From assembly GCA_046483305.1 (NCBI GenBank), contig JAWODM010000046.1, forward strand, positions 32,001 to 96,000: a DNA stretch of 64,000 bases, read 5' to 3'. The notes beneath the pieces were generated by a model that saw nothing but the letters and a program-made list of their open reading frames with translations, was not told where the DNA came from and searched no databases. Position numbers and translations under genes: made by a program. Within the stretch, counting starts at the first letter, position 1, and each line of letters opens with the position of its first letter. Below, piece by piece: positions 9,261 to 19,475 of this stretch. Source of the stretch: Candidatus Krumholzibacteriales bacterium (GTDB lineage Bacteria > Krumholzibacteriota > Krumholzibacteriia > Krumholzibacteriales > WJIX01).

Positions 9261-10472
9261 TTAATCATTCTTTATTTCTACTCTCTGGCCGTCCTTCAGT
9301 TCCCTTATCGCTTTATAGTCGCCGCTCACGACATTCTCCCCCGTCAGAACGCCTGATATGACTTCAAAATACCTGCTCCCCGAAATACCTACCTTTACCG
9401 GCTTGAAGACCGCCTTGCCGCCATCCACAACGAATACTCCCTCCACATCCTGCTTCCCGCCGGTGCTGTCCGCGGATGAGATGTTCCTGATTTCTTCCCT
9501 CTGCCTGACAGTAAGGCTCTGAATCGGTATACTGACCGCGCTGTCGCGCCTGGCAACAATAATATCGGAATCCGCGGAGAGGCCGGGCCTGACCCCGGGG
9601 ATGGTATCGGTTAATGTAATTACTACCTTGAAGTCGACTCCCCGCTGGCCGCTGACCGAGGAGGCGCTGTAAATGGGGCTGTTGCCGATTTCGGTAACTT
9701 CCCCCTCATAGGTTGTGTCGGGATAGGCGTCCAGAGTAACCTCAGCCGGATCCCCGATATTTATATAAACCACCTCTGTTTCGTCAACTTCCACTTCCGT
9801 TTCGATCCTGGAAAGATCAGCGACGGTCATCAGAACGGTGCCGGGATTGTTTATGGTGCCCATGATAGCGGTCTCCCCCTCCTCCACATTAAGCCTGGTC
9901 ACCACTCCGTCCATACCAGCGTTTATGGTCACCTCGTCAAGGTCGTGGCGGGCGCTTTTCAGCATCGCCTTCTGCTGCGCAACGTTCTGCCCGCTGGCTT
10001 CGTAGTTGGCCAGGGCAACCTCGTAAGCGGTCTCAGCCGCTTCCACCTCTTCATCGGTCCTATACCCCTGCCGGTACAGTTTCCTGGCCCGCTCAAGTTC
10101 ATTCTCCCTCTGTTTCAACTGATAGAGGGCCTGTTTTCTGGAAGCCCTGGCGGCTTCCACCGAAGCTTTCAGGCGCATTACACTCGATTCCAGCTCGGCC
10201 GGGTCGATCTGCATCAGAAACTGGCCTTTCTTAACAGTATCCCCTTCCTCGACTGCAATATCGGTGATCTTTCCGATCACACTGGCGCTGACGTCGATCT
10301 TACGCTTGGGCCGGATGCTCCCCGATGCGGATATCACCATGGAGAGGTCCCTCTTCCTGATTTCTTCCACTTCCACCTTCATACCCTTACCCCTGCTGGC
10401 TCTCAGATTTATAATTATCAGTACAGCCACCAGCAGCACTACCCCTGTGAGCAGCCAGTATTTCTTTTTCAT
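9261..10472 (-). CDS. MacA-like periplasmic adaptor (membrane fusion protein)
   Basis: N-terminal TM, lipoyl halves (VEEGDTVKKGQ; GVVTRLNVEEGE) around a coiled-coil hairpin. Start placed at MKKKY after the GGAGG SD. Confidence 0.92.
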   Translation of the reverse strand: MKKKYWLLTGVVLLVAVLIIINLRASRGKGMKVEVEEIRKRDLSMVISASGSIRPKRKIDVSASVIGKITDIAVEEGDTVKKGQFLMQIDPAELESSVMRLKASVEAARASRKQALYQLKQRENELERARKLYRQGYRTDEEVEAAETAYEVALANYEASGQNVAQQKAMLKSARHDLDEVTINAGMDGVVTRLNVEEGETAIMGTINNPGTVLMTVADLSRIETEVEVDETEVVYINIGDPAEVTLDAYPDTTYEGEVTEIGNSPIYSASSVSGQRGVDFKVVITLTDTIPGVRPGLSADSDIIVARRDSAVSIPIQSLTVRQREEIRNISSADSTGGKQDVEGVFVVDGGKAVFKPVKVGISGSRYFEVISGVLTGENVVSGDYKAIRELKDGQRVEIKND

Positions 10473-10599
10473 ATTTCCTCCCGATAACAACAAGTTACAT
10501 CGATACTCGATAATAAATTATCCGCCGCGCATGGAATATAAATATATCTGTGATCGCGCAGCCCCGCAGTTACGATTGTGATACCAGACGGTTAAACAT

Positions 10600-11304
10600 T
10601 TATTCGCCGCCGCCCGCCGGTTTCAGGTTGTTCCCGCTGTCTGTTTCGATCTTCCCGTCTTTCAGATGCAGTATCCTGCTGCCGTGAGAAGCGACATCCT
10701 CCTCATGAGTGACCATGATAATAGTATTACCGGCTTCGTGTATCTCTCTGAAAACCCCCATCAGTTCCTCGCCGGTCCTGCTGTCCAGGTTACCGGTGGG
10801 CTCATCGGCCAGTATAATTGACGGTTTATTAACCAGCGCCCGCGCTATCGCCACCCTCTGCCGCTGTCCCCCCGAAAGCTCGTTCGGACGGTGAGTAGCC
10901 CGGTTGGCAATCCCCACGCTATCCAGCGCCTCCATTGCTCTTCTCCTGCGTTCTGCCGCCGGCACTCCCGCGTATACCAGAGGAAGTTCTACATTCTGAA
11001 CCGCGTTGGCGCGTGGCAGAAGATTGAATGTCTGGAAAACAAATCCGATCTCTCTATTTCTAATGGTAGCCAGTTTGTCGTCGCTGAGATCGCTTACCTT
11101 GGAACCGTTCAGATAGTACTCTCCTTCTGTCGGGCTGTCCAGGCAGCCTATAATATTCATCAGAGTGGATTTGCCGGATCCGGACGGCCCCATCACCGCC
11201 ACATATTCATTCCTGCCTATCTGCAGGTCCACCCCGGCAACGGCGTCTATGGTATGAGTCCCCACCTGATATCTCTTTACCAGGTCCTTTACATCTATCA
11301 ACAA
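10600..11304 (-). CDS. ABC ATP-binding protein (MacB/LolD family)
   Basis: [38 protein letters not shown]. Confidence 0.95.
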   Translation of the reverse strand: MLIDVKDLVKRYQVGTHTIDAVAGVDLQIGRNEYVAVMGPSGSGKSTLMNIIGCLDSPTEGEYYLNGSKVSDLSDDKLATIRNREIGFVFQTFNLLPRANAVQNVELPLVYAGVPAAERRRRAMEALDSVGIANRATHRPNELSGGQRQRVAIARALVNKPSIILADEPTGNLDSRTGEELMGVFREIHEAGNTIIMVTHEEDVASHGSRILHLKDGKIETDSGNNLKPAGGGE

Positions 11305-11318
11305 ATCAATACTCCTTT

Positions 11319-12671
11319 TTAATATTCATTATCCATCCGGCCGGTAGCCCTCTCCAGATCGGCGTAAGCAATAAGATAGTCACACTTTGCCTTTATCAAT
11401 TCTCCCCTGGCCGTGGCCAGCGAAACCTGAGCGTCTATAATCTCGAGCATGGTTCCGGCGCCGACCCTGTATCTCTCATCCGCCAGCCTTACCTCCTCGC
11501 TGGCCTGAAGCACCGTTTCGCCGGCCACCTCGATCCTCTCCTCCGCTTCGTTCATGGCAAATATAAGCTTTTTAACCTCATTCTCAACTTCCAGCCTGCT
11601 CTTTTCGAGATTGTACTCCGCGATTCTGAAATCGGCCCGGGCGGTCTTAACCCTTGAGCTGGTCTGCATTCCGTCGAATATATTGAATCTGAGATAACCG
11701 GTGACGCTCCACTGATATTCCTCTCTGAACACATCTATCGGATTATCCACCAGATCCCTGTCGTTCCAGGAATAGTTGAAATTAAGCCCCAGTGACGGAA
11801 ACCAGCCTCCCCTTGCCGACGCTATCTCAGAGTTCTGCGCCTTCAGCCGGTGCTCCAGAACCTTGATATCATCCCTGTTGTTCAGGGCAGAGTTTATCTC
11901 TCTGTCGGGATCGGTTTCCTTTTGTATTATATTCATGGTGGTATCAACCCGGAAGCTTTCCCGGTGTCCCACCTTCATCAGCTTCTTCAATTCCTCTTTT
12001 GCCATCACCAGGTTGTTTCTGGCTCCGATCACACCCAGCCTGGTATTGGAGTGCCTGACTTTCGCCTTGAGAACATCAGCGCGGGTCGCCGAGCCCGCCT
12101 CCATCAGGGCCTCCGCGCGCTCCAGATTCCTGGCCGCCTGCCTTCTGCTCTCCTTCTGCACCCTGAACAGCATTCTGTTCCGGACAACATTGTAATACGC
12201 TCTTATTACTCCGGCCGTTATCATATCCTTGGTGTACTCATAATCCGCCTCGGCCGCTTCCCTCATTTCCCTGGCTGAACTTATATTGCTGTAATTGCTC
12301 CCTCCCTGCCAGAGCATCAGATTGGCGTTAAGCCTCATGGTATAGTTCTCAAAATCAAAACCGCTGCTCTGGATAGGCCGCCCCTGTTCGTCATACTGGA
12401 CTGTCGAAGGGCCGTAAAAGGTGTGGCCGGTGTAGAGATCCAGCGAGAAGTCAGGCATAAGCCTGCCGTAACTCTGAAGCAGCGCGCTTTCAGCCTTTCT
12501 GATACCCTGGTAGCTGATACCTATGTCCGGATTATTACGCAGCGCTATGTGAAGGCATTCATCCAGAGACAGAACATCCCGCTGCTCTGCCGCCTCCGCC
12601 ACAGGGAAAACAGATGATATCAGCACGCACGCGAACAATATTCTAAGCAATAGATTGCTGAAATATTTCAT
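11319..12671 (-). CDS. TolC-family outer membrane efflux protein
   Basis: Signal peptide, [15 protein letters not shown], two OEP repeats, [22 protein letters not shown]. Start placed at MKYFS after GAGGT. Confidence 0.92.
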   Translation of the reverse strand: MKYFSNLLLRILFACVLISSVFPVAEAAEQRDVLSLDECLHIALRNNPDIGISYQGIRKAESALLQSYGRLMPDFSLDLYTGHTFYGPSTVQYDEQGRPIQSSGFDFENYTMRLNANLMLWQGGSNYSNISSAREMREAAEADYEYTKDMITAGVIRAYYNVVRNRMLFRVQKESRRQAARNLERAEALMEAGSATRADVLKAKVRHSNTRLGVIGARNNLVMAKEELKKLMKVGHRESFRVDTTMNIIQKETDPDREINSALNNRDDIKVLEHRLKAQNSEIASARGGWFPSLGLNFNYSWNDRDLVDNPIDVFREEYQWSVTGYLRFNIFDGMQTSSRVKTARADFRIAEYNLEKSRLEVENEVKKLIFAMNEAEERIEVAGETVLQASEEVRLADERYRVGAGTMLEIIDAQVSLATARGELIKAKCDYLIAYADLERATGRMDNEY

Positions 12672-12738
12672 TTCTACCTCTCTCAGTACCGGTTGTGAGT
12701 GCTCTGGTTCCGTATTTATAATAAATACGATTAGATAA

Positions 12739-12760
12739 TAATATAGTTTCAACTATATTA
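12739..12760. promoter_or_regulatory. Perfect palindromic operator candidate upstream of the tolC-ABC efflux genes
   Basis: TAATATAGTT-TC-AACTATATTA (10-2-10). Extra half-site ACTATATTA at 12785-12793. Confidence 0.65.
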
Positions 12761-12906
12761 CCGGATTCCGGCCTATTTTTGAATACTATATTATTCATTT
12801 ACAGGTACGCCGATTTATTCCATCGCTCTGAGTGCGCAAAACGGCAAAGCCCGATTAAGGGATCAACCGTAAAGCCTGTTAATGCGTTGAATATTAAAAG
12901 GTTAAA

Positions 12907-13533
12907 TCAGTTCAGTGTGAAACGGACGGGTATGGCAACAGCCGCCTTTACCGGCTGCATCCTCTGTTTGGCAGGTTTGAACCTGTACTGTCTGACCGCA
13001 GCCATGGCCGCTTTTTCCATACTGCCGGTTACATCCGAAGTAAGCACACTAACCCTGATCACTTTCCCCTTTTCATCTATCACTACTCTCAACATTACAG
13101 TTCCCTCAATCTGGGCCTGTTTAGCCAGCTCAGGGTATCTCACCGGAACAGTCTTGATGAGTATGGGCTTCTCATCGAATGCATAGAATTTCCTGGCATC
13201 TTCGCTTTCGGCGGCGGGAGGTTCGGGAAGCTGTTCAATATCATCGAAACTGGTAGGCGCTACATCTGAAGCATCCTGGGCCTCTTCTCCCTCTTCCGCC
13301 ACTGTCGGCACTACAGGCTGGGCAACCTCTTCGGGCGGAGGAGGAAGCTCGAACTGTTCTGTAGTTTCGACACCCACAAATTCTCTCTCTTCAAGTACGT
13401 ACGGCTGAAATTCGAAAGGCGGAGAGAAGTAAAATCCGAGAAAGTGAATAATCAGGGCTGCGTAAAAAGAATTAAGCAGATACTTCGGATACCTTTCCTT
13501 GAATCTTACGTTTTCTACAGCTATTACTGCCAC
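12907..13533 (-). CDS. tonB: Energy transducer TonB
   Basis: N-terminal TM with His (AALIIH), Pro/Glu-rich linker, TonB-C domain YPELAKQAQIEGTV...FKPA...PVRF. Confidence 0.92.
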   Translation of the reverse strand: MAVIAVENVRFKERYPKYLLNSFYAALIIHFLGFYFSPPFEFQPYVLEEREFVGVETTEQFELPPPPEEVAQPVVPTVAEEGEEAQDASDVAPTSFDDIEQLPEPPAAESEDARKFYAFDEKPILIKTVPVRYPELAKQAQIEGTVMLRVVIDEKGKVIRVSVLTSDVTGSMEKAAMAAVRQYRFKPAKQRMQPVKAAVAIPVRFTLN

Positions 13534-13554
13534 AATCTAACCTTTCAACTTAAT

Positions 13555-13959
13555 TTAGTCTTCTCCAACCGAAACGAAAGTGACATTTACAGCGTTAGCC
13601 TGTTTCAACTGATCTATAATATCGCTGACCAGCCTGTACCTGGCAAGGCGGTCTACCTTGAATGATACAACCAGGTTTCTGTTCTCTTCCAGCCTGGCGG
13701 CTATCACTCTATCGATATCATCGATCCTCATAAGCTTGTCATTTATACTGATCCGGTTAGACCTGTCAGCCCATATATTAACCAGCTTCTCTCTCTGAAG
13801 TTCGTTCCCCGACTCCGTTCTGGGGAGAGAGATGGGAAGCCCTTCTTCCATCTTGAATATAGTAGTAACCATAAAGAAAATCAGAAGAAGGAAAATAATA
13901 TCCGCCATCGAACCTGTCGGTATCTCGTTCCTTACGCCTTGTTTTTTCGATATCTTCAA
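13555..13959 (-). CDS. exbD: ExbD/TolR family protein
   Basis: MADIIFLLLIFFMV with the conserved TM Asp. Confidence 0.92.
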   Translation of the reverse strand: MKISKKQGVRNEIPTGSMADIIFLLLIFFMVTTIFKMEEGLPISLPRTESGNELQREKLVNIWADRSNRISINDKLMRIDDIDRVIAARLEENRNLVVSFKVDRLARYRLVSDIIDQLKQANAVNVTFVSVGED

Positions 13960-13976
13960 AGCAGATACTCCTCGTC

Positions 13977-14387
13977 CTATATTTCCATGGTCCTCAAGGA
14001 TATTTTCTGGGCGTTAGCCTGCCTGAGTTCGTCCAGGATATCCATCATGAGCCTGTATTCCGCCTGCGGGTGAGTTTCTATAACTACCACCATCTCGGGA
14101 TTGACATCCAGCTTCGCTTCCACGAAATCCTTTACGTCGGCAATGGCTATGGGGCCTCTCCCGGTAGCTTCAATAGCGCCGTTGGGGAATGCCCTGAACT
14201 TCAGAACATCTTCCTGTTTCAGTTTAACGGTAGTGGATGTTTCACTCGGCAGCGACATCGGAAGGCCCTTCTCCACAGCGAACATTGTCGACACCAGGAA
14301 GAAAATAAGGAGCAGAAATGTGATATCCGACATCCCGGACATTGCAAACTCAGTAGAAACTTTGCTTGATTTCTTGATATTAATCAT
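13977..14387 (-). CDS. exbD: ExbD/TolR family protein (second copy)
   Basis: MSDITFLLLIFFLV with the conserved TM Asp. Confidence 0.9.
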   Translation of the reverse strand: MINIKKSSKVSTEFAMSGMSDITFLLLIFFLVSTMFAVEKGLPMSLPSETSTTVKLKQEDVLKFRAFPNGAIEATGRGPIAIADVKDFVEAKLDVNPEMVVVIETHPQAEYRLMMDILDELRQANAQKISLRTMEI

Positions 14388-14399
14388 CTGTCCGACACC

Positions 14400-15263
14400 T
14401 TAGTCCTTTATCATACCACTTTCAATCAATTCATCAACCAGTTCGTTCGATGCTTCCTCCATCTCCAATATGAAACGGTCGATTCTGGAAACGAAGAAAG
14501 AGTGCCCGATACTGGCCGGAATCGCGATAATAAGACCTGTAGCTGTGGTAATCAGCGCCTCCTCGATACCTGACGCCACTACCTTGGCGTTTACCTGCTC
14601 AGCCTGGGCGATTGAAGCGAACGCGCTGATCATCCCTGATACGGTGCCGAGGAACCCGAGAAGGGGTGAAACCTGGGCTACCGTCGCGATAGCGACCAGT
14701 CCCCGCTCCAGGAATGATGTTTCAATACTTCCTGCCGTTTCGATGGCCTCTTTAACCGCGTCCGGACCTCTTTCCGCACGCAGAAGGCCGGCGTGAAGTA
14801 CGGCCGCAATCGGCCCCTTGGTACTCTCACAGACCCTCATGGCTCCATCAACTCCCTCGGAGCGAACAGCCGCCAGCACATTCCTCATCAACTTCCCAAC
14901 ATTGGTTCTGGCCCTGAACAGGGTAACCAGTCTTTCAATAATAAACACAGCGGCAACCAGTGAGGCTATCAGAAGCGCATGCATGAAATTGCCGCCCTTT
15001 ACATATTTTTCTCCTATCCCGCTGTTCTTGAGATTGTAGAGGATCGGCCCAAGCCTTTCCCTCTCTGCCATATCAGCGAGTTCAGAAGCAACAGAAGACG
15101 AATCGTTCTTAGCTGTAGTCAATGAATCGGAATCCGGCTGTTCCATCCACTGAGTCATCTCTGCTTCTTCAGCCTGCTGCGCGAATACCGCAGCCGGAAT
15201 CACAGCCATGAATACAGGGAGTAATATAAAGAGTACTAATTTTGCGAAGACATCATTTCTCAT
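14400..15263 (-). CDS. exbB: MotA/TolQ/ExbB proton channel with signal peptide and N-terminal extension
   Basis: PLLGFLGTVSGMISAF, GIEEALITTATGLIIAIPA. Confidence 0.93.
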   Translation of the reverse strand: MRNDVFAKLVLFILLPVFMAVIPAAVFAQQAEEAEMTQWMEQPDSDSLTTAKNDSSSVASELADMAERERLGPILYNLKNSGIGEKYVKGGNFMHALLIASLVAAVFIIERLVTLFRARTNVGKLMRNVLAAVRSEGVDGAMRVCESTKGPIAAVLHAGLLRAERGPDAVKEAIETAGSIETSFLERGLVAIATVAQVSPLLGFLGTVSGMISAFASIAQAEQVNAKVVASGIEEALITTATGLIIAIPASIGHSFFVSRIDRFILEMEEASNELVDELIESGMIKD

Positions 15264-15392
15264 GCTTATCGCTCCTTCTCAAACGTAAAGATAAAGTTAT
15301 CAGCTCCATCTTCAATCCAAGCCTCAACGTTATTTTCTTTCCTGCTTATCCTCTCTCTGCGGGAGGATCGAATTGGGTATTTATCCAGAATT

Positions 15393-15421
15393 AAAATACG
15401 CTCTAATATTAATAATGTCAA
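15393..15421 (-). promoter_or_regulatory. Sigma70 promoter for exbB-exbD-exbD-tonB
   Basis: TTGACA (15421-15416), 17 bp, TATTTT (15398-15393). Confidence 0.6.
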
Positions 15422-15452
15422 ATAAAAATTGAAACCTGGCTGTTAAACCTCA

Positions 15453-16940
15453 TCAGGACCGGTTCAGTATATCCTCCGGTATCTGCGAACTGCCTTTCAT
15501 GAGGAAATTTCCATAACCGTTCTTATCCACGAACAGGAAACGAAGGCCTTCATCCTGGGTCATTATTCTGTCCCTCTTGAAAATAGGGCTCCCTGTTCTG
15601 TTATAAATCCACAGCTGGTAGGAGCCAACATCCATACCTGAAGAAAGAAAGGGGGTGCCTCTCATAGCGGTGGAGAATCCCGGATCGCCGCTTCCATCGT
15701 CGAGCGAGCCTCCCAGCTCGAATGTCATAATTTCGTATTTGTCTTCCAGCTTCTGCAGAACCTGAATATACTCTCTTCTGTTCCTGGGTATACTCCCGTC
15801 CACTATTTCGTCAGGCTCTCCATACTTAATATAAATCCTTCCCCGGTCTGTCAGAGCGCCCCGCTGGTCCCCGGAAGAAAACCACTGTTCGCAGTAACTG
15901 ACCCTCTCTCTGAATTCTTCCAGCGCCTCATTGACCTCAGTGGCCGGGACCGGATCCTTATCCTTCCAGAATTCGTTCAGCATCTTTTCTCTCCGGCCGG
16001 GGCTGCTGGTCATGAATTCCTCGTACTTCTGATCATCGAAAGCGTATTCCGCTTCCAGAAGCTTATCCCTGTCCGGCCGCTCCCAGTTCCTGAGTTCCCA
16101 TACCACATTGAATCTGTCTCTTCTCAGAATAACTTCGCCCCCCGCATGCAGAGCAGTTAAGAACATATAGGTTCCGGAAGGATACCTGGATATATCCAGC
16201 CTCCTTATAAACGAGATATCCTTCCTGTTAATGTGAAAGGAGGAGCTGTCAGAGAAATACATCTCTTCACCTTCCAGTATCTTCATGGTTATACTGCCCT
16301 TTTTATCGAGAAACTCTTCCCCGAAACTGGTCTTTACCATACAGGTCATGGTATCCCTGGCAAGGCCGTACACCTTCATCGGGTTTGGGATTACCGTTCC
16401 ATCGGAGTTAATGCCCCAGAGAAAAACAGGTTTGCTGACGAAGGGCAGGCCGGGATCGAAACGCGGAACCCTGACTTCGGCCTCCGCCTTCGAAGAGCCA
16501 TACCTGGAGACAAATATTCCAAGCAGACTGAATTCCCTGTCATTGAGGTCCTTGATCTCGATGGATATATTGTAGTTGCCGGGCTTCACGGTAAATGAAT
16601 CCACGGCGTAAAGATACCCGCCCCCACGCTCCGCTTCCGACGCGGTTTTCAAATCCGTAATTTCCCTCTCCTCATTGAATACACTGCCACCCTCTCCCTC
16701 CAGCGATATGTTCAGGCTGACTTTAGCCCTGTAACCGGCCATATGCTGATCATATTTTATCTCATTGGAGGGAACCGCTATCTGAACCATCTGCATGGTA
16801 ATACTGTCCGAGGGAAAGTGAATGATATCCGCAAAGAATTTGAAGTCGCCGCCGCCGTTAACCTCCAGCGAGTATGCCTGCCCGGCACAGAAGAGAATCA
16901 TTGACAGGGCTAGAGATATTATGGAGATCGGGAATTTCAT
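15453..16940 (-). CDS. GWxTD domain-containing secreted protein (GALTD variant)
   Basis: Signal peptide, FWKDKDPVPATEVNEALEEFRERV...GALTDRGRIYIKYGEPD...WIY. Confidence 0.87.
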   Translation of the reverse strand: MKFPISIISLALSMILFCAGQAYSLEVNGGGDFKFFADIIHFPSDSITMQMVQIAVPSNEIKYDQHMAGYRAKVSLNISLEGEGGSVFNEEREITDLKTASEAERGGGYLYAVDSFTVKPGNYNISIEIKDLNDREFSLLGIFVSRYGSSKAEAEVRVPRFDPGLPFVSKPVFLWGINSDGTVIPNPMKVYGLARDTMTCMVKTSFGEEFLDKKGSITMKILEGEEMYFSDSSSFHINRKDISFIRRLDISRYPSGTYMFLTALHAGGEVILRRDRFNVVWELRNWERPDRDKLLEAEYAFDDQKYEEFMTSSPGRREKMLNEFWKDKDPVPATEVNEALEEFRERVSYCEQWFSSGDQRGALTDRGRIYIKYGEPDEIVDGSIPRNRREYIQVLQKLEDKYEIMTFELGGSLDDGSGDPGFSTAMRGTPFLSSGMDVGSYQLWIYNRTGSPIFKRDRIMTQDEGLRFLFVDKNGYGNFLMKGSSQIPEDILNRS

Positions 16941-17021
16941 GCCATACTCCTATTCAGTTGAACCGCAATAACCGATAAGCAGAATTAAATCCTATCGCAT
17001 TATATAAATATATTTAAAAAT

Positions 17022-19475
17022 CTATCTTATAACTACAAATTTGCCCACGAAATTCCCGAAATCGTTCTTCACTGAGAAAAGGTATATTCCGCTGGTCGCT
17101 TCCTGTCCGTTTCTCGAAACCAGGTCCCAGTAATTAGAACCGCTGCCGCCATCATGTTCGATTATCTCAACCAGATCGCCGGCCAGGGTAAATACACGTA
17201 TGGTGCTTCTGCACAGGGGAAGATTCCTGAATTCTATCTTTATCCCGGAAGGATCGTCCATGGTCTTTCCCAGCTCCCAGGGTTCCAGAGATTCACGGGT
17301 AACCGGGTTCGGAACCACATATATATCATGGGGCTCTTTCTTCCCCGTATCACAGGAGGTGCCTCTGGAGGAAGGAACAACCAGCCTGAAATTACTGGAT
17401 GGCTCGCCGTATTTTCCCGTATTATCGAAAGCTGTCACCGAGTAAAAGTACCTGGTCCCGTTAGTTACCTCGGTGTCCACGAACTTGTAATACTTCTTTC
17501 CCCCCTCGAAGCCGATCCGGTGCCTTGCCAGCGCTTCCAGGGTATCACATTCCGGATCGGTCAGACCCGGAATGCAGGGAACAGTATCCAGGGGAAAATG
17601 GTACAGATTCTCAATGAACAGGTCAAGGAGTTCTTCTTTTTCCTCCAGGTTGATCAGCGGTTCATACTCCAGGCCGCCCTTCGAAAAGGGCATTCTGTAT
17701 GCGTTATCATTTCCATACCCATTAACAAGATCCCGCTGTTCGATCAGCTTCCAGAGCTCCTTGCCCGGGCCGCTGGCCTCGGTGGTTCCGATAGGCCTTT
17801 TCCAGTCATCCGCCCTCCATATCCTGAACCCCTCGAAATCCTTCTCCAGGGTACTCACATCCTGAACCTCTTCACTCGAATTATCCCAGAAAATAGTCAC
17901 TCTCCCGTCACCCGGGAGTATCCTCATGCCGGGGGGAGGGGGCGCTGTGCCAACCAGCCAGGTAACATGGGATTCCTTACCATTCACCCCGGTCATATAA
18001 TCTTCCGGACTGGCATCACCCTTCGGGCATTTGGATTCCCAGAGCTGCCTCTCCATGTTACAATCCAGGTTTATCCAGAGGTACTCGCCCCTCATCGCCG
18101 ATCTCTGGCTGAAATCAGCATCACAGGTGTCGGGATCCATGGTAACCGGACCCGGTACCGGGGTCTCCTTTCCATCTATGCCTGTCTCCGCATTCCCGTC
18201 TATGTCGAACCAGTTCCCTTCGTATACCGAAGCCGCCTTAGCGGCGGTCTCCAGCATTCCGTTCCTGCCTCTTCCTATTGCAACAGCTACCTGCAGGGTG
18301 AGGGTATCTCCGGGCATCAATTCATCGAAGGGGCCGGTAGACATCATCATCCGGTAATCTCTCGGAACATCCTGGCACCTGTCGTAAGCATCGGCGCTCA
18401 TCAGAATATACCGCTCCGAATCATTGGATGGGTCCCCGCCCTCTTCAAACGGCTGGTCCCCCGAAAAATTCTGGTACGAGGTCAATCCTACCTCACTGGG
18501 GGCGGTAATTCCCCTGGGATCGGTTTTATGGCCGAGAAATACTATTCCCAGGTATCCCGGCGCCTTGCCGTCGTCGCCGTCCTTGTCAAATGTATAGGCC
18601 ACGCTTACCAGTACCGGCCAGAATATCTTTCCCTTCATGGTACACTGGATCCCCTGATAAAAACAGGTGGCGTCGTCCTGGGCAAACCGTTCGGTATTCC
18701 GGTGCCCTACGTCGCCGTCGGCGAAAAATCCTATATAAACGTTATCCAGAGAGGAGGTGCCCGAATAATGTATAATTTTGTAATCTATTCCCACGAAATT
18801 GAAGAATTCCTCATCCTCCCACTGATAACTCTCCTGGTGGACGTAAAGCCCCAGAGGAGAGTGGTCGGAATAGGTGTTCATGGCGGCCTCCTGGTCATCT
18901 GTGTACCAGCAGGCAAACATCTGATTACTTATTGCGGCGAAATCCTCATCAATCCTGCCGTCCCTGTCATTATCCTTACCGTCCAGGGGATCTTCGTCTA
19001 CCTCGCCGTCCTTGTCATCATCTGCGGGCCTGGGGAACCGCACTCCTCCCCTGCTGTTGCTGTTTGCCTTGTAGATTACAGCTATCTCTTTGGGGTCATT
19101 TGATTTATTGGGAGGTTGAAACTCAATGTCATAAGCCCCCGTTGAAACGGCCGCAATGCCGGACTTCTTCGCTCCGACCCACAATCCCGCGATATACAGA
19201 TACTCCACACCGCTGTTAGCCGGCCATTGGGCCGAGGGGTAATCACTTGTGGCATTCCTGGATCCAGGGTACGAACCGAAACATCCCCAGTTGGTAACGT
19301 GAAGCTGAAGATTCCCTACATTGTGAATCCCGGATCCGTCATAGACCCAGATACGCTCCAGCTCCTTCAGTTTTCCTATAGAGTCATCTCCGTATTCCCT
19401 GGTTGCCGCTCTATCCGATAGAAGAGATAATACCAGCAAACATGCCGCTGGGAGCAAAAACCTTCTCCGATTCAT
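17022..19475 (-). CDS. 817-aa secreted protein with DxDxDG Ca-binding motifs, FN3-like domain and T9SS-like C-terminal domain (paralog A)
   Basis: Signal peptide, DDDKDGEVDEDPLDGKDNDRDGRIDED, PPPP..GDGRVTIFWD, C-terminus IYVVPNP...WDLVSRNGQEATSGIYLFSV...GKFVVIR. Confidence 0.82.
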   Translation of the reverse strand: MNRRRFLLPAACLLVLSLLSDRAATREYGDDSIGKLKELERIWVYDGSGIHNVGNLQLHVTNWGCFGSYPGSRNATSDYPSAQWPANSGVEYLYIAGLWVGAKKSGIAAVSTGAYDIEFQPPNKSNDPKEIAVIYKANSNSRGGVRFPRPADDDKDGEVDEDPLDGKDNDRDGRIDEDFAAISNQMFACWYTDDQEAAMNTYSDHSPLGLYVHQESYQWEDEEFFNFVGIDYKIIHYSGTSSLDNVYIGFFADGDVGHRNTERFAQDDATCFYQGIQCTMKGKIFWPVLVSVAYTFDKDGDDGKAPGYLGIVFLGHKTDPRGITAPSEVGLTSYQNFSGDQPFEEGGDPSNDSERYILMSADAYDRCQDVPRDYRMMMSTGPFDELMPGDTLTLQVAVAIGRGRNGMLETAAKAASVYEGNWFDIDGNAETGIDGKETPVPGPVTMDPDTCDADFSQRSAMRGEYLWINLDCNMERQLWESKCPKGDASPEDYMTGVNGKESHVTWLVGTAPPPPGMRILPGDGRVTIFWDNSSEEVQDVSTLEKDFEGFRIWRADDWKRPIGTTEASGPGKELWKLIEQRDLVNGYGNDNAYRMPFSKGGLEYEPLINLEEKEELLDLFIENLYHFPLDTVPCIPGLTDPECDTLEALARHRIGFEGGKKYYKFVDTEVTNGTRYFYSVTAFDNTGKYGEPSSNFRLVVPSSRGTSCDTGKKEPHDIYVVPNPVTRESLEPWELGKTMDDPSGIKIEFRNLPLCRSTIRVFTLAGDLVEIIEHDGGSGSNYWDLVSRNGQEATSGIYLFSVKNDFGNFVGKFVVIR

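Noticed and set aside
17154..19103. 649-aa plus-strand ORF, and other long antisense ORFs such as 3714-4754, 40704-41975 and 57514-58770
   Set aside because: They lie opposite well-supported genes, show no recognisable motifs, and are expected shadows of codon bias. The 649-aa frame is fragmented in the paralogous gene copy.
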